Source: an uncultured virus (IMG/VR IMGVR_UViG_3300020165_000015)
Taxonomy: Duplodnaviria > Heunggongvirae > Uroviricota > Caudoviricetes
Strand: one strand, 5' to 3'
Length of the DNA stretch: 20,000 nt
IMG/VR virus record: IMGVR_UViG_3300020165_000015
Part shown: positions 1-8,186 of the stretch, piece after piece
How positions within the stretch are numbered: position 1 is the stretch's first letter
Layout: each line of letters begins with the position of its first letter
Translations under genes and position numbers: made by a program
Notes under the pieces: generated by a model
What the model was told of the DNA's origin: nothing
Database searches by the model: none
Seen by the model: only the letters and a program-made list of their open reading frames with translations

Positions 1-973
1 CATTGTAAGACATTGCAAGAATCAATTCCATCAAACCTAGTTTCTCCTCTAGGTCTTCTACCAAGGTAACATCCTTTACGTTGTAAGCAAGGAACTTGGA
101 ATAATTGTTTCTGTATAGATGGTGAAGAGAACCTTCCTCTTCATATGATATCTTTGATTTACCTAGTTCCACATTTGCAATGTGGTCTAGTCTGTATGAC
201 TCTTGGTTTACAAAAGTATGTTTTTTGTAAAGCTCTAGGTAATCAATTACATTGATTCCATACAGATTAAAGACCTGTTGGGTAGAACCCCAGTTGGTCT
301 TGAACTCTCTGACATCACACATGTTCCATGGTGAAAACTTTCTATGTGATTCCGAACCGAATACTCTGTCCACACGATTACAAAGGTAAGTGATGTCAAA
401 AGTATTAACATTCCAACCAGTAATGATGTCGAACTTTTCTTTTCTCCAGTACTTGATGAATTGTTCAAGTAGGTCTTTCTCATCCTGTGCTTCATGATAA
501 TGTACGTTGGCTGGTGCCTCGTCCCACGGCCCAATCCCGAATGTGTGAGCCATAAATCTAAAAGGTTTGATGGTGATTGCGTTTACTTTTTCCAAAGCTT
601 GCATGGGTTCGGGGAACCCATCTTCACATTCACACTCAATATCTAGTGTTGCAATTTTGATAACTTTTGGGTCATACTTGATGTCCCCTTGAAACTTATC
701 AGCAATGTATGTATAGATGTATCTATCATACCCATGGATTTCCATCCCTGCTGTTCCAGCAAACTTCTCTCGGAACTTTCTTGCACCACCCATCGAACTG
801 AGATTAACAGCCTCAAGGTTCTTCCCATCCAGTGATTTGAATGCAGAAGGTTTTTTGGTTGGGACGTAATGATTAGGACGGTAGTCCACAGACATTTGAA
901 CCTGTTTCTTTCCTTGGTAACCTTTTACGAGTATTTTGTCGCGAGTTCGACACACATTAGTATAAAAATCCAT
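1..973 (-). CDS. 43: Family B DNA polymerase (T4 gp43-like), N-terminal and 3'-5' exonuclease part; runs off the window edge
   Basis: Not in the ORF track. Manual translation from ATG at 973 gives MDFYTNVCRTRDKILVKGY..., with ExoI LDIECECEDGFP, ExoII ITGWNVNTFDITYL, QESYRLDHIANVELG and ExoIII YNVKDVTLV. The frame is open to position 2. Confidence 0.96.
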   Translation of the reverse strand, partial: MDFYTNVCRTRDKILVKGYQGKKQVQMSVDYRPNHYVPTKKPSAFKSLDGKNLEAVNLSSMGGARKFREKFAGTAGMEIHGYDRYIYTYIADKFQGDIKYDPKVIKIATLDIECECEDGFPEPMQALEKVNAITIKPFRFMAHTFGIGPWDEAPANVHYHEAQDEKDLLEQFIKYWRKEKFDIITGWNVNTFDITYLCNRVDRVFGSESHRKFSPWNMCDVREFKTNWGSTQQVFNLYGINVIDYLELYKKHTFVNQESYRLDHIANVELGKSKISYEEEGSLHHLYRNNYSKFLAYNVKDVTLVEDLEEKLGLMELILAMSYN

Positions 974-974
974 A

Positions 975-1008
975 CTGTTATTATAACAGAAAGAGGTCTA
1001 TTCTACAA
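975..1008 (-). promoter_or_regulatory. Sigma70-type promoter for gp43
   Basis: TTGTAG (1008-1003), 17 nt spacer ending in TGT (extended -10), TATAAT (985-980). The ATG follows 6 nt later. Confidence 0.6.
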
Positions 1009-1219
1009 GTGTTTTTTTGGTTGGATGTAGTAATTCTTTTACTGATTTTAGCTTATCTTGAGCATCTGCAAGTTTCTCAACTTCTGCATCTACTGCCTGA
1101 ACGATATCAGAATGGTCTCCGATACCTGCTGGGTTTTCTTGGTAGACTTGAATGTTTGCAGTGTGTACTGCAATATCACCTTCGTACTTCTTTTCTAATG
1201 CTCTTAATATATCTGCCAC
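998..1219 (-). CDS. Hypothetical small coiled-coil protein
   Basis: 73 aa ORF with GTG start, packed between neighbours; contains NPAGIGDHSDI and a heptad-like C-terminus. Confidence 0.75.
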   Translation of the reverse strand: MADILRALEKKYEGDIAVHTANIQVYQENPAGIGDHSDIVQAVDAEVEKLADAQDKLKSVKELLHPTKKTLVE

Positions 1220-1220
1220 T

Positions 1221-1487
1221 TTATTTATTTCCAGTTAACACCTTGTAGTTTTGTGCAAGGTTTGGTCTAGGTTCAAAACAAGACACTACTCTGACTTTAG
1301 AAATATCAAAAGTATAGTCTTTTGCATAAGGTATCCATGGAGCTAGACCTACTTCCATTTGGCCACCTTGAATCTCAACAATACAAGCATGTGCTTCTTC
1401 TACCACGTACTTGAATAATTTTTCTGTTACTTTACCAATAACGACATCTCCGTTTTCTAAACGAAGACATTTGATAGGGTTAGACAT
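1221..1487 (-). CDS. Conserved hypothetical protein of T4-like phages (possibly Sm-like fold)
   Basis: IKCLRLENGDVVIGKV...LAPWIPY pattern resembles small proteins lying upstream of gp43 in marine T4-like phages; overlaps the lysozyme stop. Confidence 0.7.
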   Translation of the reverse strand: MSNPIKCLRLENGDVVIGKVTEKLFKYVVEEAHACIVEIQGGQMEVGLAPWIPYAKDYTFDISKVRVVSCFEPRPNLAQNYKVLTGNK

Positions 1488-1935
1488 TTAGTACTGACTC
1501 CTGTAATTCAACTGAACGTCTTCCGACTTGTCTGAACCAACGGCTGTCTTCCATTTCAACTGCCATTCTTTTCCAGTCTTCTGATACAACTGCTTTCCAC
1601 ATGTTGTTGAACTTACCAAAACGACTTCCACCTAAGTTGAATGTCATATTGACTAGTACGTGTTGAATATCTTCGGGTAAAGAATAAAAATCCTTCCCAC
1701 CTTTTGATTCAAACAAATGAATAGTTTCATCCACGTGTTTGTCAAAATCTGCTTCGTAGTATGCATCTACTACTGATTGTGATACTGGAGTTCCTGCTGG
1801 TTGTCCATGTTCTGCATCACCCTCTTTGATTAGATGTCCAACACCAAGTGTTAGATATCCTAATGAGTCTGCGTATACTTCAAGTACCTCGCCCTCATGA
1901 CGCTTAATTTGTGCTTTCAATACTTCTTTATTCAT
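1480..1935 (-). CDS. Phage lysozyme (T4-lysozyme/GH24-like muramidase)
   Basis: Catalytic E-x8-D-x5-T in HEGEVLEVYADSLGYLTLGVGH; also LVNMTFNLG and MEDSRWFRQVGRR; SD AAGGA. Confidence 0.92.
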   Translation of the reverse strand: MNKEVLKAQIKRHEGEVLEVYADSLGYLTLGVGHLIKEGDAEHGQPAGTPVSQSVVDAYYEADFDKHVDETIHLFESKGGKDFYSLPEDIQHVLVNMTFNLGGSRFGKFNNMWKAVVSEDWKRMAVEMEDSRWFRQVGRRSVELQESVLNV

Positions 1936-1951
1936 TGATTAATCCTTATTG

Positions 1952-2116
1952 TTATTCGGGGGTAGGTGGTTCAGTAGTCTTCTCTACCCATGTGTATTCG
2001 GCGTAAGCACCTTTGAGTGCGTCAAGCATTCCTTCTTCACAGGATAAAACATACATCTCCTGTCCTTCCTCTACCTCGTCGGCTGTTAGCCTAAATTTAT
2101 GATACTCTAGTGCCAT
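1952..2116 (-). CDS. Hypothetical 54 aa acidic protein (not in ORF track)
   Basis: MALEYHKFRLTADEVEEGQEMYVLSCEEGMLDALKGAYAEYTWVEKTTEPPTPE*; GGAG upstream; fills the gap between two genes. Confidence 0.65.
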   Translation of the reverse strand: MALEYHKFRLTADEVEEGQEMYVLSCEEGMLDALKGAYAEYTWVEKTTEPPTPE

Positions 2117-2420
2117 CTTCTTTCTCCCTCTTCATTTGTTCCTCGACAAGTTCCATTAATATGTCACCCATGAGGTCGTTTAATTCACTATTATTTAGGA
2201 GTTCCTCAAGTCCAATCTCTGTCTTCCAGCCATCATGGCCATGTGGAAACCTTCTTATAGTTCTTGTGAAGTTGATATTTGGTTTACCTTCTTCGAATTG
2301 TATCTTGCCATACTGGTATACAAGTCCGTCCCATTTTCCACCTGTTAGTTCGATGGCTGCATCATCCTCATTGGGATTCTCTACAACCATGTAGACTTTT
2401 TTATGAAATAATTCTGTCAT
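2097..2420 (-). CDS. Hypothetical protein
   Basis: Likely start MTELFHKK at 2420 after GAGGAAG; contains AAIELTGGKWDGLVYQYGKIQF. Confidence 0.75.
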   Translation of the reverse strand: MTELFHKKVYMVVENPNEDDAAIELTGGKWDGLVYQYGKIQFEEGKPNINFTRTIRRFPHGHDGWKTEIGLEELLNNSELNDLMGDILMELVEEQMKREKEDGTRVS

Positions 2421-2937
2421 ATATTTCTTCCTCAATTTTCATAGAAGTCTCTATAGAATTGTTATCACGAATCTGCAATTGTCCTAGTAGATTCATGTTT
2501 GTTAATATGTTGTTTATCTGACTCCGTCTCCCTTTCAACCACACTTCGGACTGTGTGTCTCCACGTTCTGCGTGACGATTGTGTTCTTCCGATAACTCTA
2601 CTGTTAGTACGTAAACGCGTGCTTCGTGATTGTCTATTAACCATTCTATATCCTTACCTCGAAAGTATCTATCACCTTCGATTAATACATGTTTATATGC
2701 AATGTTTGCCCACTCAATGAATTCTCTAAATTGTGGTATAGAACCGTGAGAGAGCTTATCAGTTCCACCGAATGTCTCTCCCTCGGGATATTGACCGACT
2801 ACTAATACGTCACCATGTTCTTGGCACTTAAATAGTTTCATCGGTTCAATTAGGTTGGGTTCATCTAACCTAGAGATAAGTCTTCTCATGAGAGTTGACT
2901 TTCCCGAACATGGAACTCCACCAACCATGATAATCAT
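2401..2937 (-). CDS. P-loop (nucleotide) kinase-like protein
   Basis: N-terminal Walker A GGVPCSGKST, then GGTDKLS, hhhEGDR, and a lid-like R-x3-R (RHAERG); ATGA-coupled to the upstream gene. Confidence 0.8.
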   Translation of the reverse strand: MIIMVGGVPCSGKSTLMRRLISRLDEPNLIEPMKLFKCQEHGDVLVVGQYPEGETFGGTDKLSHGSIPQFREFIEWANIAYKHVLIEGDRYFRGKDIEWLIDNHEARVYVLTVELSEEHNRHAERGDTQSEVWLKGRRSQINNILTNMNLLGQLQIRDNNSIETSMKIEEEIYDRIIS

Positions 2938-4070
2938 AGTTGTATTATCCTTCCAGTTTCATCACAATGTGGTGTTTTATCTTGAGGTATGAATCCACCC
3001 CACTGAAAGATTTCTCTGAACTTCCATTCAAGTTCCATGAAGTTAAGTCCCATCTTATGATAGTCAAGAGAATCCGTAAATCTTCTTACACATTCTTCTA
3101 TGAACCACTCGTATCTTGCAAATGTTTCTGCTCTATCAGACTTTAAAGTCATTGATGATGGGTTCTCAACATATCCATATAACATGATTGGTGATTGATA
3201 CTTACCATAAAGTTTTAAACCATCCCACAATATTCTGTGTAGACTATTCCCTTTCTCAAAACAATAACCTAACTCAGTTACATCTTTGTTTCTTGCTCCA
3301 GCCCATCCCTTTCCAAGTTTGTTAAGAATTTCGTTTGCATATTTACCATCTAACGGTAGAATGTTTCTGTTCTTTCCTCTCTGTCTGTAGACCTTATATA
3401 GTAAACATGAAGTTGATAGTTCTTGAGTAGTACTCTCTGAACCATCGTCATTTACTTCTGTTACATCGACATAATTGACAATCTCTTCATCTGTCTTTAA
3501 ACGCATACCATCATCTGTTGATGTGATTTGTTTTAAGAATGAGATTATCTCTTCTTCGACTTCTTGATTGATTGCATTTGCATCAATCGCTTCTACTACA
3601 CCTCTAATGAAGTCAATATCTTTATTAGGTTTAGATGGTAGGTTAGTATTGTTACAAACATACTTAAATGCAATGTTGTCCTTTTGGACTGGTGCATCTT
3701 CATACACATCTACTAATAGATATTCCCAACCACTTTCCGTTGCAGCTTTGAATCTGTTGAATCCACTTCTTAGAATGAAGTTTCCATCAGCAGCGACTTG
3801 TACAAATAATGGTTCTTCTGAATGTAACCAACCTCTGTACTTGAATGAAGTTTTAATCTCAATAACATTTTGAGTGAGATTGATTTCTTCTCTCGGTTGC
3901 AATGGGTCGCCTGTAATAGGGTCAATGATGTAAATCTTATCCTTGTGTACTACAAGTCTTTTCTTGAATTTACAAGTTTGATAAGTTTCTTTGGGTGGAC
4001 ATAGTTCTCGGGTGAGTTCTATATCGTAGCTCTTTTTTAAACCTGCGGACAGGTGTTGTTGTGTTGTCAT
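2934..4070 (-). CDS. Hypothetical protein with a ParB/Srx-like N-terminal domain
   Basis: PLFVQ...FILRSGFNRFKAATESGW resembles the ParB/Srx G-x-x-R motif; strong SD AAGGAG. Confidence 0.55.
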   Translation of the reverse strand: MTTQQHLSAGLKKSYDIELTRELCPPKETYQTCKFKKRLVVHKDKIYIIDPITGDPLQPREEINLTQNVIEIKTSFKYRGWLHSEEPLFVQVAADGNFILRSGFNRFKAATESGWEYLLVDVYEDAPVQKDNIAFKYVCNNTNLPSKPNKDIDFIRGVVEAIDANAINQEVEEEIISFLKQITSTDDGMRLKTDEEIVNYVDVTEVNDDGSESTTQELSTSCLLYKVYRQRGKNRNILPLDGKYANEILNKLGKGWAGARNKDVTELGYCFEKGNSLHRILWDGLKLYGKYQSPIMLYGYVENPSSMTLKSDRAETFARYEWFIEECVRRFTDSLDYHKMGLNFMELEWKFREIFQWGGFIPQDKTPHCDETGRIIQL

Positions 4071-4153
4071 TTTTACTCCTTATCCCACGGGGATATGATT
4101 TGACGTTTGATGTCCAAAAGGAAACGTTCCAGTTGATACATTATTATTTAGGT

Positions 4154-5155
4154 CTAGAAAAAGCTGTCAAGTGAACCTTTCTCCTCATACTTTCCAGCAT
4201 GAGGGCCGATAGGATTCTCAGTCTTTCCAGCTCTCCCTTTAGTTGCAACATGTTCATCACAATATGCAACACATGATAACCTTACTCCTTCACCAGTGAT
4301 AGGTGATACACCGTGCAATTCATTTGAATCTGCAATCAGTACGTCTCCATCATCTGCTTCAATAGCAATACCATATCTAGGGAAACATAAGTATGCACCC
4401 CCAAATTCTCCAATACGGAAGACACACATAGTTGTCATTCCGAACTCTAAATCTTTACCATCCAAATGTGCAGACATCTTTGCAGTCCCACCAGTTGAAT
4501 ATTTGTTTGCAGATAACGCTGTCATAGGAGCTCCACCAATATGGTATTTCTCTTCTATACATTCATCTGCAAATGTTCTTTGCATCTTCCATATCTCGGG
4601 AACTGCAGTCTTTAATGCTTGTTCATTTACTTGTGCAATCTGTTGAAGGGTTTCAAACTTTTCTTTGTTTGCTTTCTTATCCATCCAACCACTTGCCTTA
4701 ATCATTCCTGTGAATCTGCCACGTTTATACCCGATTAGAACTGAATGAATCTCATTTGCTTCTGCAATACGATTGAACTCACCGTTCTTCTTTAATGGAT
4801 AATAACTGTTTGGAGTTCTTAGGACATAGTCTTTACCTTCGATTAATCCTTTTGCTTTCATTTCTTCGTGGTCGATAGGCCCGGCTGCATTTGCTCTCAT
4901 TGTAGATGTATCATCTATAGAGAACAAAGTGTCTTTAACTGTTCTATAAGTTTTACCTTTGTATGCTTTCTTTACTATACATGCAAGTAAAGTTTCCCCC
5001 ATGAGTGTACCATGAGGTTTGTATATTTTAATAGTATCATCTTCTACACCAATGGATGAGATAACAGTGTCATAAGAATCTTCAGTAAGATACTTACCGT
5101 TCCATTTCTTAAATGTTTCTTTAAATCCTAAGTCTTTTGTTGCAGTGAATTCCAT
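4154..5155 (-). CDS. TET/JBP-family 2-oxoglutarate/Fe(II) dioxygenase (probable 5-methylpyrimidine oxidase)
   Basis: HxD (SAHLDGKD), GGAYLCFPRYGIAI, distal H (ELHGVSPI), RLSCVAY; overlaps the C5 methyltransferase gene. Confidence 0.85.
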   Translation of the reverse strand: MEFTATKDLGFKETFKKWNGKYLTEDSYDTVISSIGVEDDTIKIYKPHGTLMGETLLACIVKKAYKGKTYRTVKDTLFSIDDTSTMRANAAGPIDHEEMKAKGLIEGKDYVLRTPNSYYPLKKNGEFNRIAEANEIHSVLIGYKRGRFTGMIKASGWMDKKANKEKFETLQQIAQVNEQALKTAVPEIWKMQRTFADECIEEKYHIGGAPMTALSANKYSTGGTAKMSAHLDGKDLEFGMTTMCVFRIGEFGGAYLCFPRYGIAIEADDGDVLIADSNELHGVSPITGEGVRLSCVAYCDEHVATKGRAGKTENPIGPHAGKYEEKGSLDSFF

Positions 5156-6405
5156 GGTTCTAATATTTGTCCTTTGATGTTTTCAACTAAGTAGTACATA
5201 CATAATGGTGCTACCATCAATCCAATTCTTGCACCCTTGTCGTTGTAATCACCAGTCATTTTATAATCATTTGGTAGAGTCATTAATCTCACCATTTCTT
5301 TTGGTGTGTAGATTCTCTTACCACCATGGTGGAAATGATTACCACCCATAAATTTTGGTTGACAACCCTGTTCAGTCAATGAGTGAGCTGGTAGATGTTT
5401 AGGAACAATTCTTGACATGTAGTAAGAATGTTTTTCATCTTCGGGTTGTACGTGTCCGTTCTTAATCTGTTCTTGAAACCAAGGTTTAACAATATGGTCT
5501 CCAATAGAAACATATGCTTGATTGTCTCTCTCATGTAGTACAGGAGTAACTCCACCACATGGGCCACAATCCTTGAACTTCTCATCGGGATGTTGTTCGA
5601 AACCATTTACCCAATGTCCCTTTGAAGATTCGTTCATTGCAGTTTCTAGATAAGCTGCATCCTTGATGTTCTCTTCATCGGTTTCTAAATCTTGAATTGC
5701 ATCTTCAATGGATGCAAATTCTTTAACTGGGTCGGGGAAGACTGAAGACATACACATCCAAGGCATTCCAATACCTTCAAGTACATCATCACGTACACCA
5801 ACCATGAATACTCTTTCTCTTTTTTGTGGAACACCATGTTCATGTCCCTTCATGATTTTCCAAGTCACTGAGTATCCTAGTGCTTCAAAATCATTTACCA
5901 TCTTGTTTAGATGGTCTCTTGCATAGTCCATCGAGAGACCCTTCACGTTCTCACATACTATAACTTTAGGCATCAACCCTTCGGCAATCCTAATCATTTC
6001 CCATGTAAGGTCTTCGATGTTCTGTTGTTTCATACCATATGCCATCTTCTCTTGGTTCCATCCTTCTTTCTTGGAACCTGCCATAGAAAATGGTGGACAA
6101 GGTGGTGACCCATCCATGATATCTAATTCGTATTTTTTAAGTCCAGTCAGCTCCATGATTCCTTCTGCAGTGACTTCTTTGATGTCTCTACATTCATGAA
6201 CTGTATTAGGGAAATTTTCTAGGTAGGTGTCGACATGAATCTGTTGAAATTCATTCATGTATTTTACATCACCACCAGCTAGTTTGTAACCACATGAAGA
6301 ACCCCCACCACCAGCAAAGAAAGTAATGTAGTTAAACTGTTTACTTTCACTGTTTCGGTGAAGGTCTTCTAGGTTGTATTGAAAATATTTATTATCACTC
6401 ATCAT
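5128..6405 (-). CDS. DNA cytosine-5 methyltransferase
   Basis: Motif I FAGGGG, IV GSPPCPPFS, VI ENV, VIII QKRERVF, IX RIYTPKEMVRL, and a variant X GLMVAP. Confidence 0.95.
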   Translation of the reverse strand: MMSDNKYFQYNLEDLHRNSESKQFNYITFFAGGGGSSCGYKLAGGDVKYMNEFQQIHVDTYLENFPNTVHECRDIKEVTAEGIMELTGLKKYELDIMDGSPPCPPFSMAGSKKEGWNQEKMAYGMKQQNIEDLTWEMIRIAEGLMPKVIVCENVKGLSMDYARDHLNKMVNDFEALGYSVTWKIMKGHEHGVPQKRERVFMVGVRDDVLEGIGMPWMCMSSVFPDPVKEFASIEDAIQDLETDEENIKDAAYLETAMNESSKGHWVNGFEQHPDEKFKDCGPCGGVTPVLHERDNQAYVSIGDHIVKPWFQEQIKNGHVQPEDEKHSYYMSRIVPKHLPAHSLTEQGCQPKFMGGNHFHHGGKRIYTPKEMVRLMTLPNDYKMTGDYNDKGARIGLMVAPLCMYYLVENIKGQILEPWNSLQQKT

Positions 6406-6411
6406 GACTCC

Positions 6412-6441
6412 ATTATACTATATTTAGCACAACGCTGTCAA
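6412..6441 (-). promoter_or_regulatory. Sigma70-type promoter for the methyltransferase-TET cluster
   Basis: Perfect TTGACA (6441-6436), 18 nt spacer, TATAAT (6417-6412). Confidence 0.75.
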
Positions 6442-6449
6442 GGTGTTTC

Positions 6450-6977
6450 TTAAAGATTTTCTAATACATTTTCGGGTGTTGAAACCTCGTAAGGGTCGGA
6501 CTCAGCATTATCAGTGTAACCGTCTTCGATAAAGATTTTTTCAATTACTCCATCGTTAACTACAGCTGCATATCTCCAAGACCTGTATCCGAAACCAAGA
6601 TTTGATTTAGAACATTCTGCACCAATTAAGTGAGTGAACTCACCGTTACCATCGGGAAGAGGGTAAACATTTTTGATACCTAATGATTCGAACCATGAGT
6701 TCATTACGAATGTATCGTTAACTGATACACAGTAAATCTCATCAATACCTTTCTCTTGGAACTTCTCAAAGTTCTCATCAAAGCCAGGCAGTTGTTGAGT
6801 TGAACATGTTGGTGTAAATGCGCCAGGCAATCCAAATACAATCACTCTTTTACCAGCAAACTGTTGTTGGGTGTCTAGTGTTACAAATTCACCACCGACT
6901 CTCTGTGGTAGGATTACTTCGGGTACTCTAGTTTCCCCTTCAATAATTTCTAACCCCATTGTTACTTCTTCTGTCAT
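6450..6977 (-). CDS. Peroxiredoxin, Prx5/redoxin type
   Basis: PGAFTPTCS active site, SVNDTFVMNSW, DGNGEFT, GYRSWRYA. Confidence 0.95.
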   Translation of the reverse strand: MTEEVTMGLEIIEGETRVPEVILPQRVGGEFVTLDTQQQFAGKRVIVFGLPGAFTPTCSTQQLPGFDENFEKFQEKGIDEIYCVSVNDTFVMNSWFESLGIKNVYPLPDGNGEFTHLIGAECSKSNLGFGYRSWRYAAVVNDGVIEKIFIEDGYTDNAESDPYEVSTPENVLENL

Positions 6978-7000
6978 AATAATCTATACTCCATTTTAAT

Positions 7001-7034
7001 AGATACACCTATTATATTACAAACAGGTGTATCT
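7001..7034. repeat. Inverted repeat between hsp20 and the peroxiredoxin gene
   Basis: AGATACACCT (7001-7010) and AGGTGTATCT (7025-7034) form a perfect 10 bp stem; the loop contains TATAAT on the minus strand. Confidence 0.8.
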
Positions 7035-7048
7035 GTATATAGGCTTTC

Positions 7049-7477
7049 TTATGAAATTTTGATTTCTTGAGGTTTATCTTCTTCGGGTATTACTCTCTCA
7101 AGTGATACGCTTAGAATACCATCCTTCATGTCTGCACCTTTAACGACAATGTCGTCTGCTAGTGTAAACTTTCTAGTGAAATTTCTAGAAGAAAGTCCTT
7201 GATGGACGAACTCCCTTGCATTTCCTTGGTCTTTCTGATTACCCATAACGATAAGAACTTCTTTCTCTTTTGAGATTGAAATTTCTTTCTTATTGAATCC
7301 AGCAACTGCAAGTTCAATTTGGAAGTTTTCCTCATCTACTTTTACAATATTGTAAGGTGGATAGTTAGAATTAGATTGTACATCTGCACGTTCTAATAGT
7401 TGAAGAGTTCTGTCGAACCCGATTGCGAATGGAAATTCTGTTGTGAATTTTCCGAAGACATCATTGAAATGTGTCAT
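7049..7477 (-). CDS. hsp20: Small heat shock protein Hsp20 (IbpA-like)
   Basis: NYPPYNI, IELAVAGF, FVHQGLSSRNFTRKFTLAD, GADMKDGILSVSLERVIPEEDKP. Confidence 0.97.
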   Translation of the reverse strand: MTHFNDVFGKFTTEFPFAIGFDRTLQLLERADVQSNSNYPPYNIVKVDEENFQIELAVAGFNKKEISISKEKEVLIVMGNQKDQGNAREFVHQGLSSRNFTRKFTLADDIVVKGADMKDGILSVSLERVIPEEDKPQEIKIS

Positions 7478-7483
7478 AGTTTT

Positions 7484-7501
7484 CTCCTTATATTAAGCAA
7501 G
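7484..7501 (-). promoter_or_regulatory. ROSE-like RNA thermometer hairpin masking the hsp20 Shine-Dalgarno
   Basis: mRNA CUUGCUU-AAUAU-AAGGAG; the UUGCU motif pairs with AGGAG leaving a bulged G. Confidence 0.7.
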
Positions 7502-7536
7502 TTATAATGTGTAACCTCTAATGAGCATTACAATGG

Positions 7537-7589
7537 TATTTATAACACCATACTACTATTATATGGGTTTTTTCTAAAATTTCAAGGGG
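7537..7589 (-). promoter_or_regulatory. Stacked promoters upstream of hsp20 (T4 late, sigma70-like, sigma32-like)
   Basis: TATAAATA at 7544-7537; TTGAAA-16 nt-TATAAT (7585-7558); CCCCTTGAA-12 nt-ACCCATAT (7589-7561). Confidence 0.6.
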
Positions 7590-7592
7590 TTT

Positions 7593-8186
7593 TTAGAATT
7601 TTCTGCATCTTTCTTTTGCATCTTTCAATATATCAAGATTACTTGCAATCACCATAGACATTAAGAAGTTCATCTGATTCATAACGTATGGTGTTACCCT
7701 CTCATTTTTAATATCTGAGTTTATAGCAGGAATGAGAACTGCAATCTTAAATGCAAACATTTGTGGAACTGAAGGTGATTCACCAAGAAAAGGATTTAGT
7801 TCTTTGACACAACTGTATTTGAGACCACGATATGTGGTATAGATATCTGCAAATTGAAGTGATATGAATGCAGCCCACTGAAGATTACTAGGTTGTTCAG
7901 ATAGTGTAAACCACGACTGGTTCTGATTTTCCTTTAACTGTAATTGAATCAACTTTTGTGAATGTTCTGTTTGGACATTGGAGATAAGTTTCTTGTCCCA
8001 ACAACACGTCCACCCCATCATAATTTCTTGTTTGTCCCTCAAGTCTAGCACCGAGGTTGACTGCATCTCCAATGACGGAATAGTCAAATCTAAGTTCTGA
8101 CCCCATATTTCCAACGATGCACTCACCAGTATTAATCCCAATACCCACGTTAATGGGTGGAAGACCGAGTGGTTTGAGTTCTTCAT
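7593..8186 (-). CDS. Hypothetical membrane protein (DUF5658-like C-terminal motif); start uncertain; overlaps the cyclase 3' end
   Basis: Non-overlapping part contains ADIYTTYRGLKYSCVKELNPFLG and hydrophobic helices. All in-frame starts preceding this motif lie inside the cyclase gene; AAGGA precedes the ATG at 8186. Confidence 0.65.
   Translation of the reverse strand: MKNSNHSVFHPLTWVLGLILVSASLEIWGQNLDLTIPSLEMQSTSVLDLRDKQEIMMGWTCCWDKKLISNVQTEHSQKLIQLQLKENQNQSWFTLSEQPSNLQWAAFISLQFADIYTTYRGLKYSCVKELNPFLGESPSVPQMFAFKIAVLIPAINSDIKNERVTPYVMNQMNFLMSMVIASNLDILKDAKERCRKF

Noticed and set aside
247..828. Minus-strand ORFs 247-534 and 643-828
   Set aside because: They are alternate frames inside gp43, which is open in another frame across the whole region.
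7001..7034. Inverted repeat as an intrinsic terminator
   Set aside because: It has a long loop and no U tract on the coding strand, so it is kept only as an inverted repeat.
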